Shown one piece after another: positions 1 to 9,835 of a DNA stretch of 64,000 bases. Each line of letters starts with the position of its first letter. The stretch's first letter is position 1. The translations under genes and the position numbers were made by a program. This DNA is from Candidatus Multivoradales bacterium (GTDB lineage Bacteria > Acidobacteriota > Thermoanaerobaculia > Multivoradales > J023). The DNA is taken from assembly GCA_965248925.1 (NCBI GenBank), contig CBDFLE010000006.1, positions 864,001-928,000 of the forward strand, given 5' to 3'. The notes under the pieces are model-generated. The model ran no database searches, was not told the DNA's origin, and worked only from the letters and a program-made list of their open reading frames with translations.

Positions 1-132
1 CGGAGCCGACCGCAGCGCGCGGAGAACCGGGTCCGCGGTAGTCCGCAGAGCCTCCAGGACACGCTGCACCTCCGGCATTTTGTCCTCCGGCAGATCGTCG
101 ACGACTCGATGAATCGCTTCTCGTGCGGTCAT
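1..132 (-). CDS. Small antitoxin-like/hypothetical protein, 5' part only (runs off the left edge)
   Basis: Not in the ORF track. Manual translation from ATG at 132 gives MTAREAIHRVVDDLPEDKMPEVQRVLEALRTTADPVLRALRSAP with no stop before the edge. It resembles short helical addiction-module/DUF2281-like proteins. Confidence 0.55.
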   Translation of the reverse strand, partial: MTAREAIHRVVDDLPEDKMPEVQRVLEALRTTADPVLRALRSAP

Positions 133-304
133 ACTGGGTCTAGTCTACAACGTGAACACCCTCAGCTATGGGGGTGCGTTCGCTGGCGCCGGATTGCGAC
201 GGCCTCGGCCATTCGCCAGCGGGACATCATCGCTGAGTCATCGCACCCACCCCCGGCGGGTGCAACCAGTCCAGCTTCGGCTCCTGAAGTACTGACTTGT
301 CTGC

Positions 305-3300
305 CTAGAACAACCCCCCCTGCCCTGCATGCCCCTTCCCCCTCCCTTTCGCCACTGCTTTCTTCCCCCTACCCTTCTCCGCCGCCAGTCCGAGGCGCTT
401 CTCTTCGGCTGCGCGGTCGGCGTTGAGCTGGAAAAGGCGGTCGATGATGTCGTCCTTGAAGGCTTCGAGGGCGCGGTGCTCGGCCGCAGTTTCGGGGGTG
501 GTGAAGGGAGGTACGTCGATCTCGCCCCAGCCGTAGGCGGCGAGCACGGCACGGTCCATCTCGAGGTGTAGCTGGCGTAGCTCGGTGATGCGGGGGTCGG
601 CTTCGCGGGGGTCTTTGAGGCGGTTGTAACATTGGGTGAGGCCCTGGCTGGTGTCTACCAGGTAGGTGGCGCGGGCCTGGTAGAGGCGCTGGCCGATGTC
701 TTCCAGCTCGGGGATCTCGGCGCGCGGGTCGGGTTTTGGGAAGGGGAAGGTTTCGAAGCAGTCAGAGGCAGCGTATCTCAGGTCGGTTTTCATCGATGAG
801 GATAGTAACCTGGCCCAGGCCTCATGGGGGCGAGATTGTAGAACCGCGAAAGCAGCAGAGCTTTCTAATGCGAACACATTCAGGGCTTCTGAAAAAACTC
901 GATCAGTCGGCTGCGTCGAGAAAATTAAGTGTTTTGAGTGTCGCGAACTAACCAAGCAGAGACGCTGGCTCTTTATAGCAGAATAAAGCTCTCTACGAGA
1001 ACGCCAGTGATGCCACCAAGGCCAAGCTGCCATAGCTTTGGTCTTTCGAGCCCTTTCTGGTTTAACCCGCTCACCAAGAATTTCAAGGAGGTCAGGCCAG
1101 GTGCTGGCTTCGTCGAGACTCATCTCGCCGAAACTAATCACATACCGACGATGTGTTTGCCTTGGTCGTGTGTTTACCTCTTCGCCGCCGAGATAAGGAA
1201 AAATCCTGTCCTCATTTCTTGGGTCGCGGCCGATGAACTCTTGACGTTCATCTGGTTTCAACGTGAAGCCCATTCCTAAGACAATGGAGCCCTGGAAGCA
1301 TAAGTCTCGGTTTTGCCAGAGTTTCCTGGGGTCAGGCCGCTCAACTTTAGGGCGTAGTCGGGAGTTGATTGCCTTCACGTCGATGCCATCGAGCCGACTT
1401 GGCCCGAGGGTTTGGGCCGGACTTCCTTTGGCCAGATGCACGACCGAAACGATCACTGCAGCGGATCCGGGCCATGGCTGTGTGCGAGTGGCATCATAGA
1501 TCCTGAGTCCTTCCCTAGCGACCAACGGTTGCAGACCACTGGCCCGTGTATCACCTTGAGCAACAGTGTTCGTCGCAATGAGGCCGATCGTTCCGTGGGC
1601 CCCAAGTAGGGTATTGGCGCGCAGAAAGAAATGAGCAACTAGGTCTCCATTCTTGCCGGCTTGGTGCAACATATCGAGCCAATCACTGAATTCCGCTCCG
1701 TGATTGGTTGAGATCATCTTCCCACCCAAGAACGGCGGATTGCCGACGAAGCCATCGATGAAGGCGGCGTGGTTCACCCGGTCGCCATCCAGCGGATCGG
1801 GCCGGTCGGCGTAGAAGACTTCGGGGAATTCGAGCATCCAGTGGAAGACCGGCAGCCGCTGGCGGATCTGCGCTTGCATCTGCCGCAGCTCCTCGGGAGG
1901 GCGGCCGGTGTCGCCGCGCAACCATTCGTCGACCTGAACCAGGCGCTCGCCGAGCTCGCGCAGGCGGTCTTTCTTCTTGCCGTGGGCGAAGAAGGCTCCC
2001 ACCACCAAGTCGCCGATCAGCCGGGCGTGGGCCAGGGCGTCGTTGGCGTCGCGCAGCAGGCGGACTTTCTCGTGCTGCGCCGACTCGCCCTCGCCGGCCA
2101 AGTCGAGGATCTGCTGGCGCAGGGAGATGGCCTCGTCGAGGGCCTGCTCGAGGGCCTGTGAGGCCAGGGTCTGCTGCCCCTCCGGCTGCCAGTGGAAGCC
2201 GCGCAGCTGCTCGAAGTCGAGGCCGACCAGCGAGTCGCCCCAACGCAAGGCATGGTCGAGGAAGGTGAAGGGCAGGTCGCGGGCCAGGGTCTCGAGCCAT
2301 AGGGAGAGCTTGGCCAAGTCGACCGCGAAGCGGTTCTTGTCGACCCCGTAGAGGCAGCGCTGGGCCACCAGCCGGCGGGCGTGATTGAAGACGTCCCCGT
2401 GCGCCGCGGCGATCAGCTCCACCCTCCCCTCGCGAGTCCAGGCCGCCACTACCCTCTCGGCCAGCCAACGGCAAGTCTCGACCAGGAAGGCCCCCGAACC
2501 CATCGCCGGATCGCAGATCTTCAGCTGCAGCAGATGCTCGGCGGAAGGCTCTTCGCCGAGGGCCGCCACCAGTGGCTCCAATGTGCGGGCGACAATCGGC
2601 GCCGACAAGGAACGCGGGGTGTAGTGGCTGGAGGTGCGGCGGCGCTCGGGACCGGGTTGCAAGACCAGGCGGCCGGCCGGGGCGGGGGTGGTGCCCTTGA
2701 GGGCGAAGGCCCGGAGCCCGGCCAGCAGCTCGGCCGGGTCGGCGGCCTTCGACAACGCCTTGGCCAGCTTGTTGGCCGCCGCCCGCAACAACCCGGCCTG
2801 CTCTTGCAGCCAGGCGGCACGGCGCGGTGGCGGCACCTCGAAGAGGGCCGCCGACTCGACCCAGAAACGGCTCGGTCGCACGCACACCGCCGACGAATAG
2901 ACCCGCTCTACCCGGTAACCCATCAACGCCTCGTAAACACTACCGATCTGCTCGACATCGAGACTGCGATAGCTCAGTCGCTGGCCCTCGAAGATCACCA
3001 GCCGGCGCAGCAGCTGGAAGATGGCATGGTCGTCCACCGAAGGCACCCGCACCGCCGCCCGCTTCTCGACCACCTTGACCGGTGCCGAGCCACCCCGCGG
3101 CCAGCCCTCGAGGAAGGGGTAGGTGTTGGGGTCGAAGAGGTCGCCGCCGCGGGGCGGCATGCGGAAGTCACCGTGCTCGGCCCCCAACCAGACCATCCGA
3201 AAAAGAGCCAGCAAGCGATCCCAGGCGCCGAAGCGGCGATCCATCGAGTCGGGGTATTCGCCGGCATCGCGCTGCAGCTGTTCGAACAGGCCGAGCACCG

Positions 3301-4285
3301 AGTAGTGATTCTGGTAGACCGTGTGCTCCACCGGCACCAGGCTGCGATCTTCGGCGTAGAGCAGGAAGACCAGCCGCAGCAGCACGGTCAGCAGGCCGCC
3401 GTAGAGATGCTCGTCGTCGAGCCGCAGGGCGTCTTGCAGGCCATCGCTACCGTCGCGCTCGGCAGCGGCCTCGAAGCCGCTCAAGAGGGTCGCCAGGGCC
3501 TCGAAGACCTGCGCCGCCAGCGCCTCGGTGACGTTGGCCTGGCGCCGCCGGCTAGCGGCCAAAAGCGCCGGCAGCCGCGCCTCGGGGGGCCGGGTGCGGA
3601 AGCTCGGCCGGCCGAGCAACATCAACAGGGCGTCGAGGATCGGCCGGCCGCCGGTGGTGGCCATGTCGGCCACCTTGAAGGTCAGCCAGCCGCTCGACTC
3701 ACCGTGGGGGGCGTAGATCAGGCGCAGAGCCTGGCCATTGCAAAGCAGGCCGATCGGCACCTGGCAGTGGCGCAGCAGGCGGTCGAGCTTGGCGGTGGGC
3801 GGATACCGCCAACTGCCGCCGGCGTCGGGGCGGTCGAAGTCGAGACCGTCGGGCAGGCGCTGGATCAGCAGCTCGTAGCCCGCCCCGGCGCGTTCCGACG
3901 CCGACGCCTGCTCGCTGAGCTCGCGGGGCTGCTTGCAGCGCAGGGCGAGGGTCGGCGCGAGGCGCTCGCGGCCCTCGGGCACCCACAGGGAGAGGGCCTC
4001 GGGCAAGGCGTCGTCGCGGTCGAAGTCGGCGGCCTCAAAGGCCAGCAACTCGGCATCCAAGAGCAGGCCATCGAGCTCGATCCTCAGGCTCTCTGTGGCA
4101 GCTGGATCGCTGGTGGACGGCGAGGCGAGGGGGCGGCAGTGGGCGCGCAGCCGGTCGCGGATCGCCAGCGGTCGGCGCTCCAGGCATTGGGCCTCCTCCA
4201 GCACCGGAATCGACACCACCAACCCCTCGCTGGGCTGCACCATGCCCAGCCACTGCTGGTGAAATTCTTGAGCGGTGTCGCGCAT
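305..4285 (-). CDS. drmMI: Large N6-adenine DNA methyltransferase (Eco57I/type IIG-like; DISARM DrmMI-type)
   Basis: SAM-binding motif DPAMGSGAFL, catalytic GNPPF, upstream HYTPRSL, and C-terminal TRD ending SDCFETFPFP. Likely start MRDTAQEF at 4285 after AGGGAAG. Lies directly downstream of a DrmD-like helicase. Confidence 0.8.
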   Translation of the reverse strand: MRDTAQEFHQQWLGMVQPSEGLVVSIPVLEEAQCLERRPLAIRDRLRAHCRPLASPSTSDPAATESLRIELDGLLLDAELLAFEAADFDRDDALPEALSLWVPEGRERLAPTLALRCKQPRELSEQASASERAGAGYELLIQRLPDGLDFDRPDAGGSWRYPPTAKLDRLLRHCQVPIGLLCNGQALRLIYAPHGESSGWLTFKVADMATTGGRPILDALLMLLGRPSFRTRPPEARLPALLAASRRRQANVTEALAAQVFEALATLLSGFEAAAERDGSDGLQDALRLDDEHLYGGLLTVLLRLVFLLYAEDRSLVPVEHTVYQNHYSVLGLFEQLQRDAGEYPDSMDRRFGAWDRLLALFRMVWLGAEHGDFRMPPRGGDLFDPNTYPFLEGWPRGGSAPVKVVEKRAAVRVPSVDDHAIFQLLRRLVIFEGQRLSYRSLDVEQIGSVYEALMGYRVERVYSSAVCVRPSRFWVESAALFEVPPPRRAAWLQEQAGLLRAAANKLAKALSKAADPAELLAGLRAFALKGTTPAPAGRLVLQPGPERRRTSSHYTPRSLSAPIVARTLEPLVAALGEEPSAEHLLQLKICDPAMGSGAFLVETCRWLAERVVAAWTREGRVELIAAAHGDVFNHARRLVAQRCLYGVDKNRFAVDLAKLSLWLETLARDLPFTFLDHALRWGDSLVGLDFEQLRGFHWQPEGQQTLASQALEQALDEAISLRQQILDLAGEGESAQHEKVRLLRDANDALAHARLIGDLVVGAFFAHGKKKDRLRELGERLVQVDEWLRGDTGRPPEELRQMQAQIRQRLPVFHWMLEFPEVFYADRPDPLDGDRVNHAAFIDGFVGNPPFLGGKMISTNHGAEFSDWLDMLHQAGKNGDLVAHFFLRANTLLGAHGTIGLIATNTVAQGDTRASGLQPLVAREGLRIYDATRTQPWPGSAAVIVSVVHLAKGSPAQTLGPSRLDGIDVKAINSRLRPKVERPDPRKLWQNRDLCFQGSIVLGMGFTLKPDERQEFIGRDPRNEDRIFPYLGGEEVNTRPRQTHRRYVISFGEMSLDEASTWPDLLEILGERVKPERARKTKAMAAWPWWHHWRSRRELYSAIKSQRLCLVSSRHSKHLIFSTQPTDRVFSEALNVFALESSAAFAVLQSRPHEAWARLLSSSMKTDLRYAASDCFETFPFPKPDPRAEIPELEDIGQRLYQARATYLVDTSQGLTQCYNRLKDPREADPRITELRQLHLEMDRAVLAAYGWGEIDVPPFTTPETAAEHRALEAFKDDIIDRLFQLNADRAAEEKRLGLAAEKGRGKKAVAKGRGKGHAGQGGLF

Positions 4286-4308
4286 TCGTCTAGCTTCCCT
4301 CGGCCGGC

Positions 4309-7300
4309 TCAGCGCGAAGCCGGCCAGAGATAGATCAGCCCCACCGGCTCGAGGCGCGGCTTGAGCACCCGGTAGAGATCTTCCAACTCGGCCGGCTCGT
4401 CGGCAATTTCGCGGTCGATTCGCTGCAGGCGCTCGGCCATGTGCTGGCGGTCGTTCTGCCACTGCCGGCGCTGGGCACGCTCGGCATCGGTGAACTCGAA
4501 GGCCAGCTGCACCTGGAGCTCTTTCTCGATCGCCCGGCGCTGATCCTGGAGCAGCTGGCGCAGCTCGGCAGCCTCTTTCTTGCCGCGGGCGGCAAGCTGG
4601 CCCTCGGCACGGTGGGCCAGGCTATCGGCCTCTTCGCGCAGCCGCGGCCAAAGGGCCGCGAAAGTGCCGGCGGCCCGATCGAGCAAGCGGTGGCGGACCC
4701 GCTCGGGCAGCTGATCGAGGCTCGGGCGCTCTTCGAGCAGCCGCCACAGACGCTCGACCAGGCGGCGCTCGGCGGTCTCCTCGAGCAGCTCGGGGGCGGC
4801 TTCCTCGGCGGCCGTGCCGGCGAGCACCGCCGCCACCTGGATCAGCTGATCGTGCAGCCGGCTGGCACGGCGGCCGAAGAGAGTCAGCCGAGCACAGGCC
4901 ACCACATGCAGCCGAGCGTCTTGCGGATCGAGCAAGGCGGTGACCCGCGACAGGTCGCCAGAGCCAAAGCCCTGGGCCAGAAAGCGTGACAGCAGGCGCC
5001 TGGCCAGAGGATGCTCGAGATGCATGTGGACCCGGTCGTCGCGGAGCCGGGAGGGGGCCTCGAAAACCAGCGGCAAGGGAGCCTGCTGGCGATGCTCCCA
5101 CTGCGGCTGGCCGCGCTCGCGGGGTGGTCGCAGAGTATCGACGGTGGCTTGCCAGGATTCGGGCAGCTCGGGCAGCAGATAGCTACCGTCGCCGGCCGGC
5201 CGCAGGGGCTCGGCGCCGGCCAGGTCGAGGGCCTCGTCGAGGACCCGGCGGAGCAGCTCGGGACGGAAGCCAGTGGTCTCGCGGGAGCGGTTGAGGATCT
5301 TCCCGGCGCCGTCGATCTGGCGCTCCAGGCGGCGCAGCTGGCGCTGACTCTCGAGCTCGTCGAGCACCACCTGGCGGCGGCCGGCGGCGGCCTCGGCCTC
5401 TTCCAGTCGCTCGGCGGTGTGCGCATCGATACCGTCGGCCAGAGTGCTCTCGATCTGGTCGAGGATCACCGTGCCCAGCGAGCCCATCTCCTGCTGGATC
5501 ACCTCGACCTTGCGCACCAGGGTGTCGAGCAGCCGATCTTCCGGCCGCTGGGGGTAGACGAAGTAGTGGCAGTAAACATCCTCGGCCGGTTGCAGGGTGC
5601 GGTCGATGCGGCCGTTGCGCTGCTCCAGCCGGGCCGGGTTCCAGGGCACGTCGTAGTGGAAGAGGTGGGCGCAGTAGCCCTGTAGATTGACCCCTTCGCG
5701 GGCGGCATCGGTGGCCAGCAAAACCCGCACCGGGTAGTCGCCGGGGGGACCGTTGAAAGCCCGTTGCAGGGCTTCGCGATGGCTATCGTCCATACCGCCG
5801 CGAAAGATCGCCAGCCGCTCAGAGCCCCGCTCGCTACCCTCGAAGGCGGTGCTCAGCAAGCGCTGGAGGAAACCCAGAGTGGCGGCGAATTCGGTGAAGA
5901 CGATCAGCCGGCGATCAGCCCAGCGCCGATCCGGTGCAGCGGCGTCCTCGGCTACACCGCCGAAGCTCGCCGCCGGGCAGAGATGCTGCTGGATGAAGCG
6001 CAGCAGCTCGCGCGCCTTGGCATCGGGGGTCGAACGATAGCGCTCGGCCAAGACGACCATCTCATCGAGCTGCCGGCGCGCTTCGGTCGAGGTCGAGAGA
6101 TGACGGGCGGCACCGGCGGCACGGAGGTCGAGCTGACGTTCGATCTCCTCCTCGTCCTGGCCGTAGGTGCCGCTGTCGACCTCGGCGGGGTCCTCGGCCA
6201 GGGCACTATCGAGGTCGAGCTGGTGGGTCGCAGCCTCGCTCTGGGCGATCCGCGCGACATGTTCGGCGTGCAGGCGCAGGGTGCGGCTGAAGGCCTCGAC
6301 GCTCGACAGCAACCGCTGCTGCAAGCGGATCAAGGCGATGCGGCCGGCTCGCCGACTCGGCTTTGCCAGCTCGGCATAGGTCTGTAGGCGCCGGGCCAGG
6401 TCGATCTCAAAGGGCTCACCGTTGCCCAGCGGATGACGGGTCGGCGGCTGATCGGCCAGCAGCGAATCGAAAGCCAGCGAATGCCAGCCGCCATCCTGGT
6501 GGTGGAGCTCCAGGCGCAGCACATGACGAAGCGGCAGCTGGCTACCGCCGAGCTTCTTCAAGTCGCTCTTCAGCCGCCGCACCATCACCTTGTCGCGCTG
6601 CTCGGCGGTCACCGGCACACCGCGGGTGAAGCGCTGGGGATCGAGCAGCTCGAGCAGCGCTGAGAAGCTGTTCGAGTGGCCATTGTGCGGCGTCGCCGAA
6701 AGGAAAAGACGGTTCTCGAAACGGGGTGCGACATCGCGAATCACCCGGGTGATGCCGGAATCGACAGCGTAGCGGGTGGCGGTGGCGGGCGCGGCGACAT
6801 GCGCCTCATCGAGGATCAACAAGCTCTTGCGGGCCCGCTCACCGAGGTGAGCCAGCAGCGGATCACGGTACTCGGGCCGGCGCAGCAGCTGGTGGGAGAT
6901 GATGAAGCGTGAGTGGGTGGCCCAGGGAATCACCCCGAAGCCGCGCTCCTGCCGGCGGCGGGCGACCAGCTCACGGTTCATGATCTCGAAGTAAAGTCCG
7001 AAACGGCGCCACAGCTCATCGCGCCACTGCAAACAGATAGACGCCGGACAGATCACCAGCACGAAATCCACCCGCTGGCGCAGCCGCAGCTCTTGCAGTA
7101 CCAAGCCGGCCTCGATGGTCTTGCCGAGACCGACGTCGTCGGCGATGAAGAGATTGGCCCGCGGCAGCCTGAGAGCCCGTTCGAGCGGCACCAGCTGGTG
7201 ATTCATCAGCTTGATGCCGGCGCGAAACGGAGCCTGGAACAGCCGTGCCTCGGTGGCGGTGACGCTGTGCCAGCGCAAGGCGGCGAGGTAGGCGCCAAAT

Positions 7301-7869
7301 CTCGACGGTGGATCGAGGTGCTCGGGCTGACCCAGGCCATCGGCCTCCTGCCGCAGCACTCGGGCGCCGAGTTCCAGCTCCCAGAACACCTCCAGACGGC
7401 GCCCCTGGGCGTCGTCGTCGAGCCCCACCAAACGCACCCGGTGAGCTGCCACCGGACCGCCGGAACGCGCCCCCGCAGTGGGTGGCACGACCTCTTCCAC
7501 CAGGTACTGGCGGTGCCGCACTCGCACCACGTCGCCCGCGCGCGGCACCTCTCCGGGCTCGATCTGCGGCTCGAAAATCGCCCGCGGCGCGCTACCCTCC
7601 TCACCCCTGGCGGTCAGCAGGCGCTTCGCCAAAGGTTGGCGGGCACGCCCCGAATCGTCGAGCCCAAAGGCCCGGCAAGCGGCCTTCAACTCATCCCGCC
7701 GCAGCGCCACGAGCAAGGCCGCGAAATCCAAGCCGCCGGCCCTTACCAACACCTCGACCTGCCGCTCCTTGCGAGCGCCGGCCGGCACCGAAACACCCGC
7801 CGCCCGCCCGAGTTCGATCAAGCGCTCCCGGGTCAGAACAGACAATAAAGATGAAGTGTCTGGATTCAC
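4309..7869 (-). CDS. drmD: SNF2-like helicase, DISARM DrmD-type
   Basis: IADDVGLGKT (Walker A), DEAH, SATPHNG, ATDAAREGVNLQ, PWNPARLEQRNGRIDR, and C-terminal LEPVGLIYLWP typical of DrmD. Confidence 0.85.
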   Translation of the reverse strand: MNPDTSSLLSVLTRERLIELGRAAGVSVPAGARKERQVEVLVRAGGLDFAALLVALRRDELKAACRAFGLDDSGRARQPLAKRLLTARGEEGSAPRAIFEPQIEPGEVPRAGDVVRVRHRQYLVEEVVPPTAGARSGGPVAAHRVRLVGLDDDAQGRRLEVFWELELGARVLRQEADGLGQPEHLDPPSRFGAYLAALRWHSVTATEARLFQAPFRAGIKLMNHQLVPLERALRLPRANLFIADDVGLGKTIEAGLVLQELRLRQRVDFVLVICPASICLQWRDELWRRFGLYFEIMNRELVARRRQERGFGVIPWATHSRFIISHQLLRRPEYRDPLLAHLGERARKSLLILDEAHVAAPATATRYAVDSGITRVIRDVAPRFENRLFLSATPHNGHSNSFSALLELLDPQRFTRGVPVTAEQRDKVMVRRLKSDLKKLGGSQLPLRHVLRLELHHQDGGWHSLAFDSLLADQPPTRHPLGNGEPFEIDLARRLQTYAELAKPSRRAGRIALIRLQQRLLSSVEAFSRTLRLHAEHVARIAQSEAATHQLDLDSALAEDPAEVDSGTYGQDEEEIERQLDLRAAGAARHLSTSTEARRQLDEMVVLAERYRSTPDAKARELLRFIQQHLCPAASFGGVAEDAAAPDRRWADRRLIVFTEFAATLGFLQRLLSTAFEGSERGSERLAIFRGGMDDSHREALQRAFNGPPGDYPVRVLLATDAAREGVNLQGYCAHLFHYDVPWNPARLEQRNGRIDRTLQPAEDVYCHYFVYPQRPEDRLLDTLVRKVEVIQQEMGSLGTVILDQIESTLADGIDAHTAERLEEAEAAAGRRQVVLDELESQRQLRRLERQIDGAGKILNRSRETTGFRPELLRRVLDEALDLAGAEPLRPAGDGSYLLPELPESWQATVDTLRPPRERGQPQWEHRQQAPLPLVFEAPSRLRDDRVHMHLEHPLARRLLSRFLAQGFGSGDLSRVTALLDPQDARLHVVACARLTLFGRRASRLHDQLIQVAAVLAGTAAEEAAPELLEETAERRLVERLWRLLEERPSLDQLPERVRHRLLDRAAGTFAALWPRLREEADSLAHRAEGQLAARGKKEAAELRQLLQDQRRAIEKELQVQLAFEFTDAERAQRRQWQNDRQHMAERLQRIDREIADEPAELEDLYRVLKPRLEPVGLIYLWPASR

Positions 7870-8014
7870 AGCGGCGCAATTCTACCGCTAGAGTCAGGCA
7901 GGTGCGTCTTGGCTAGTAAATTAAGGCGGCGATCAGATACATCTGCCAGGTTCAGATCGAAACCAGCAGAGTCGATCCCCAGGCGAGGCGTGCTTGCCGT
8001 CACTCAGAGCGCCA

Positions 8015-8095
8015 GACAGGCACCCCATAGTAGTTGCGAGTCGATGACACGCAGTTGGCCTCGCAGAGGAGGTGCCCTCAGAGGGGGTGCCAGTC
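8015..8095. repeat. 12-bp inverted repeat pair (GACAGGCACCCC ... GGGGTGCCAGTC), REPIN-like
   Basis: Arms at 8015-8026 and 8084-8095 are reverse complements with 1 mismatch. They lie between pyrE and drmD. Confidence 0.4.
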
Positions 8096-8100
8096 ATCTC

Positions 8101-8787
8101 TCAGCTACCGCTGAAATCAAAACCGCGCTCGCGATGCCAGGCGGCGGGATCGGCAAAGTAGGCCTCGACCGAAAGCCGGTCCACATCCGTCAGGCGCCCG
8201 GCATCAAGCGCCACCGCCATCGCCGTCGCGCGGTCGGTGACCGCCGCCAGCCGCGCACCCCGCCCGGCGAGCAACTCGGCGCCGCCCTGCTGGCGATCGA
8301 ATAGCACAAGGGCCTCGGGAACAGTGGCTCCAACTTCCTCAAGAGCGTCGAGGAAGCCCAGCTTGCTGCCACCATCGGTGATCAGGTCCTCGACCAACAA
8401 CACCCGCGAGCCGGGCTCCAAATAACCCTCAACGCGGGTGCCAATGCCGTACCCCTTGGGCTTCTTGCGGACATAGACCAGGGGCTTGCCGACCGCTTGT
8501 GCCAAGACTGCGGCATAGGGAATCCCTGCCGTCTCGCCGCCCGCGATAGCGTCGATCTCAAAGCTCCGGGACTGCCACAGCCGCCGGGCCGACGCCAAGT
8601 AGAGCTGCAGGAAGGCCGGATCGGAAACAGCCCGCCGGCAATTGACGTAGATAGGGCTACGATTCCCCGAAGCGAGGGTGAAGGGCTGGTCTGAGTCGAC
8701 TCGCACAGCCTCCATCTCCCATAGGGCAAGAGCCGCAGCTTCGGAGAGTCGATCGAGAATCAGGTCGGGTGTAGGATGTTGGCTCAT
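8101..8787 (-). CDS. pyrE: Orotate phosphoribosyltransferase
   Basis: FTLASGNRSPIYVN, YVRKKPKGYG and PRPP-binding LLVEDLITDGGS. Confidence 0.92.
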   Translation of the reverse strand: MSQHPTPDLILDRLSEAAALALWEMEAVRVDSDQPFTLASGNRSPIYVNCRRAVSDPAFLQLYLASARRLWQSRSFEIDAIAGGETAGIPYAAVLAQAVGKPLVYVRKKPKGYGIGTRVEGYLEPGSRVLLVEDLITDGGSKLGFLDALEEVGATVPEALVLFDRQQGGAELLAGRGARLAAVTDRATAMAVALDAGRLTDVDRLSVEAYFADPAAWHRERGFDFSGS

Positions 8788-8903
8788 TGGGACAGCGGAT
8801 CATATAGCGGATTCGACTCGATCGCATATGCTGTTGTGCTATAGTCCTGCTCACTCAAGACTGCGGAACGTTGGGACCAACACCCTGGGAACCTGAATTC
8901 ACC

Positions 8904-9833
8904 ATGACGATTGACGCTTACCAACGGGAATACGAGAGGCTTCGCCTCTCAAGCATCGAGCAGATGGCGCAAGGTCGGGCTAAGGTGGCGGAGCAGACCT
9001 GCCGCCAAGCCCTCTCACTGGCCCAAGATCATAGGAATCAGGATCTCGCAGACCTCGCCATCTGCAACCTAAGCTATGTGCTCATTGAGCAGCATCGGGG
9101 GCATGAGACGGTAGGGCAGCTGCAACAGATTCTGATGCGCAGTAGTTGTCCCCGCAACAAGCATCTGGCCGCCTACAACATCTCCCTCTACTACGATCAG
9201 GCCAAGACTTACGCCAAGGGTCTTCGCTATGCGCGTCTCGCTCTGCAACACGCTCAACAACTTGACGTGGAAGAGTTGATCGCCCGAAGTCACAACCTCT
9301 TGGCCAACGCTTTGCTGATCGAGAGCTATTTTGACGAAGCTAGGACTCACTACCAGCAAGCCTTGGCTCACACTCTTTCGAGCCCTGCTGAAACTAATCA
9401 GCAGTTGCTCCATGAGAGAGGCTACATCCTGGCCAATTTGGGCTACTGCAATCTGTCCATCGGTGAGTTCGAACTCGGGTTCAGCCACTTGTTCCAATGC
9501 CTCAAAATGTCTCGGCGGATGAAACCACGGTGCGAGTCCATGGTTGGCCGAACCCATCTCAGCCTTTGCTACGGGTATCTGGAGATAGCTCGATTCCGTC
9601 GTGCCCGTCAACACGGTCAAACAGCGATGGAATGCGCTAGCGGGGCAAAGGATCAAGAAGCCCTGATGAAAGCGCTCTACCTGCTTGGGGAGACTGAGAA
9701 GCTGGCGGGCAACGACCAGCTAGCTTTCGAGTATTTCGACCAGCTCCAGCAAGACTTCCATCCTGAGAATCCGGCGCTGCCGGACCTGCTGATGGCGACC
9801 GACGCACGCAAACTGATCAATCTGATGGTCTGA
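8904..9833 (+). CDS. Tetratricopeptide-repeat protein
   Basis: Repeated helical TPR-like units (ARSHNLLANALL, YILANLGYCNL, KALYLLGETEK). Start MTIDAY at 8904. Confidence 0.75.
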   Translation: MTIDAYQREYERLRLSSIEQMAQGRAKVAEQTCRQALSLAQDHRNQDLADLAICNLSYVLIEQHRGHETVGQLQQILMRSSCPRNKHLAAYNISLYYDQAKTYAKGLRYARLALQHAQQLDVEELIARSHNLLANALLIESYFDEARTHYQQALAHTLSSPAETNQQLLHERGYILANLGYCNLSIGEFELGFSHLFQCLKMSRRMKPRCESMVGRTHLSLCYGYLEIARFRRARQHGQTAMECASGAKDQEALMKALYLLGETEKLAGNDQLAFEYFDQLQQDFHPENPALPDLLMATDARKLINLMV

Positions 9834-9835
9834 CA

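Noticed and set aside
2381-4333. 650-aa ORF on the + strand
   Set aside because: Antisense shadow of the methyltransferase in GC-rich DNA, with no recognisable motifs.
305-7869. BREX (PglX) or plain type III RM assignment
   Set aside because: The helicase has DrmD-type features and gene order, and no brx/pglZ or res/mod genes are visible.
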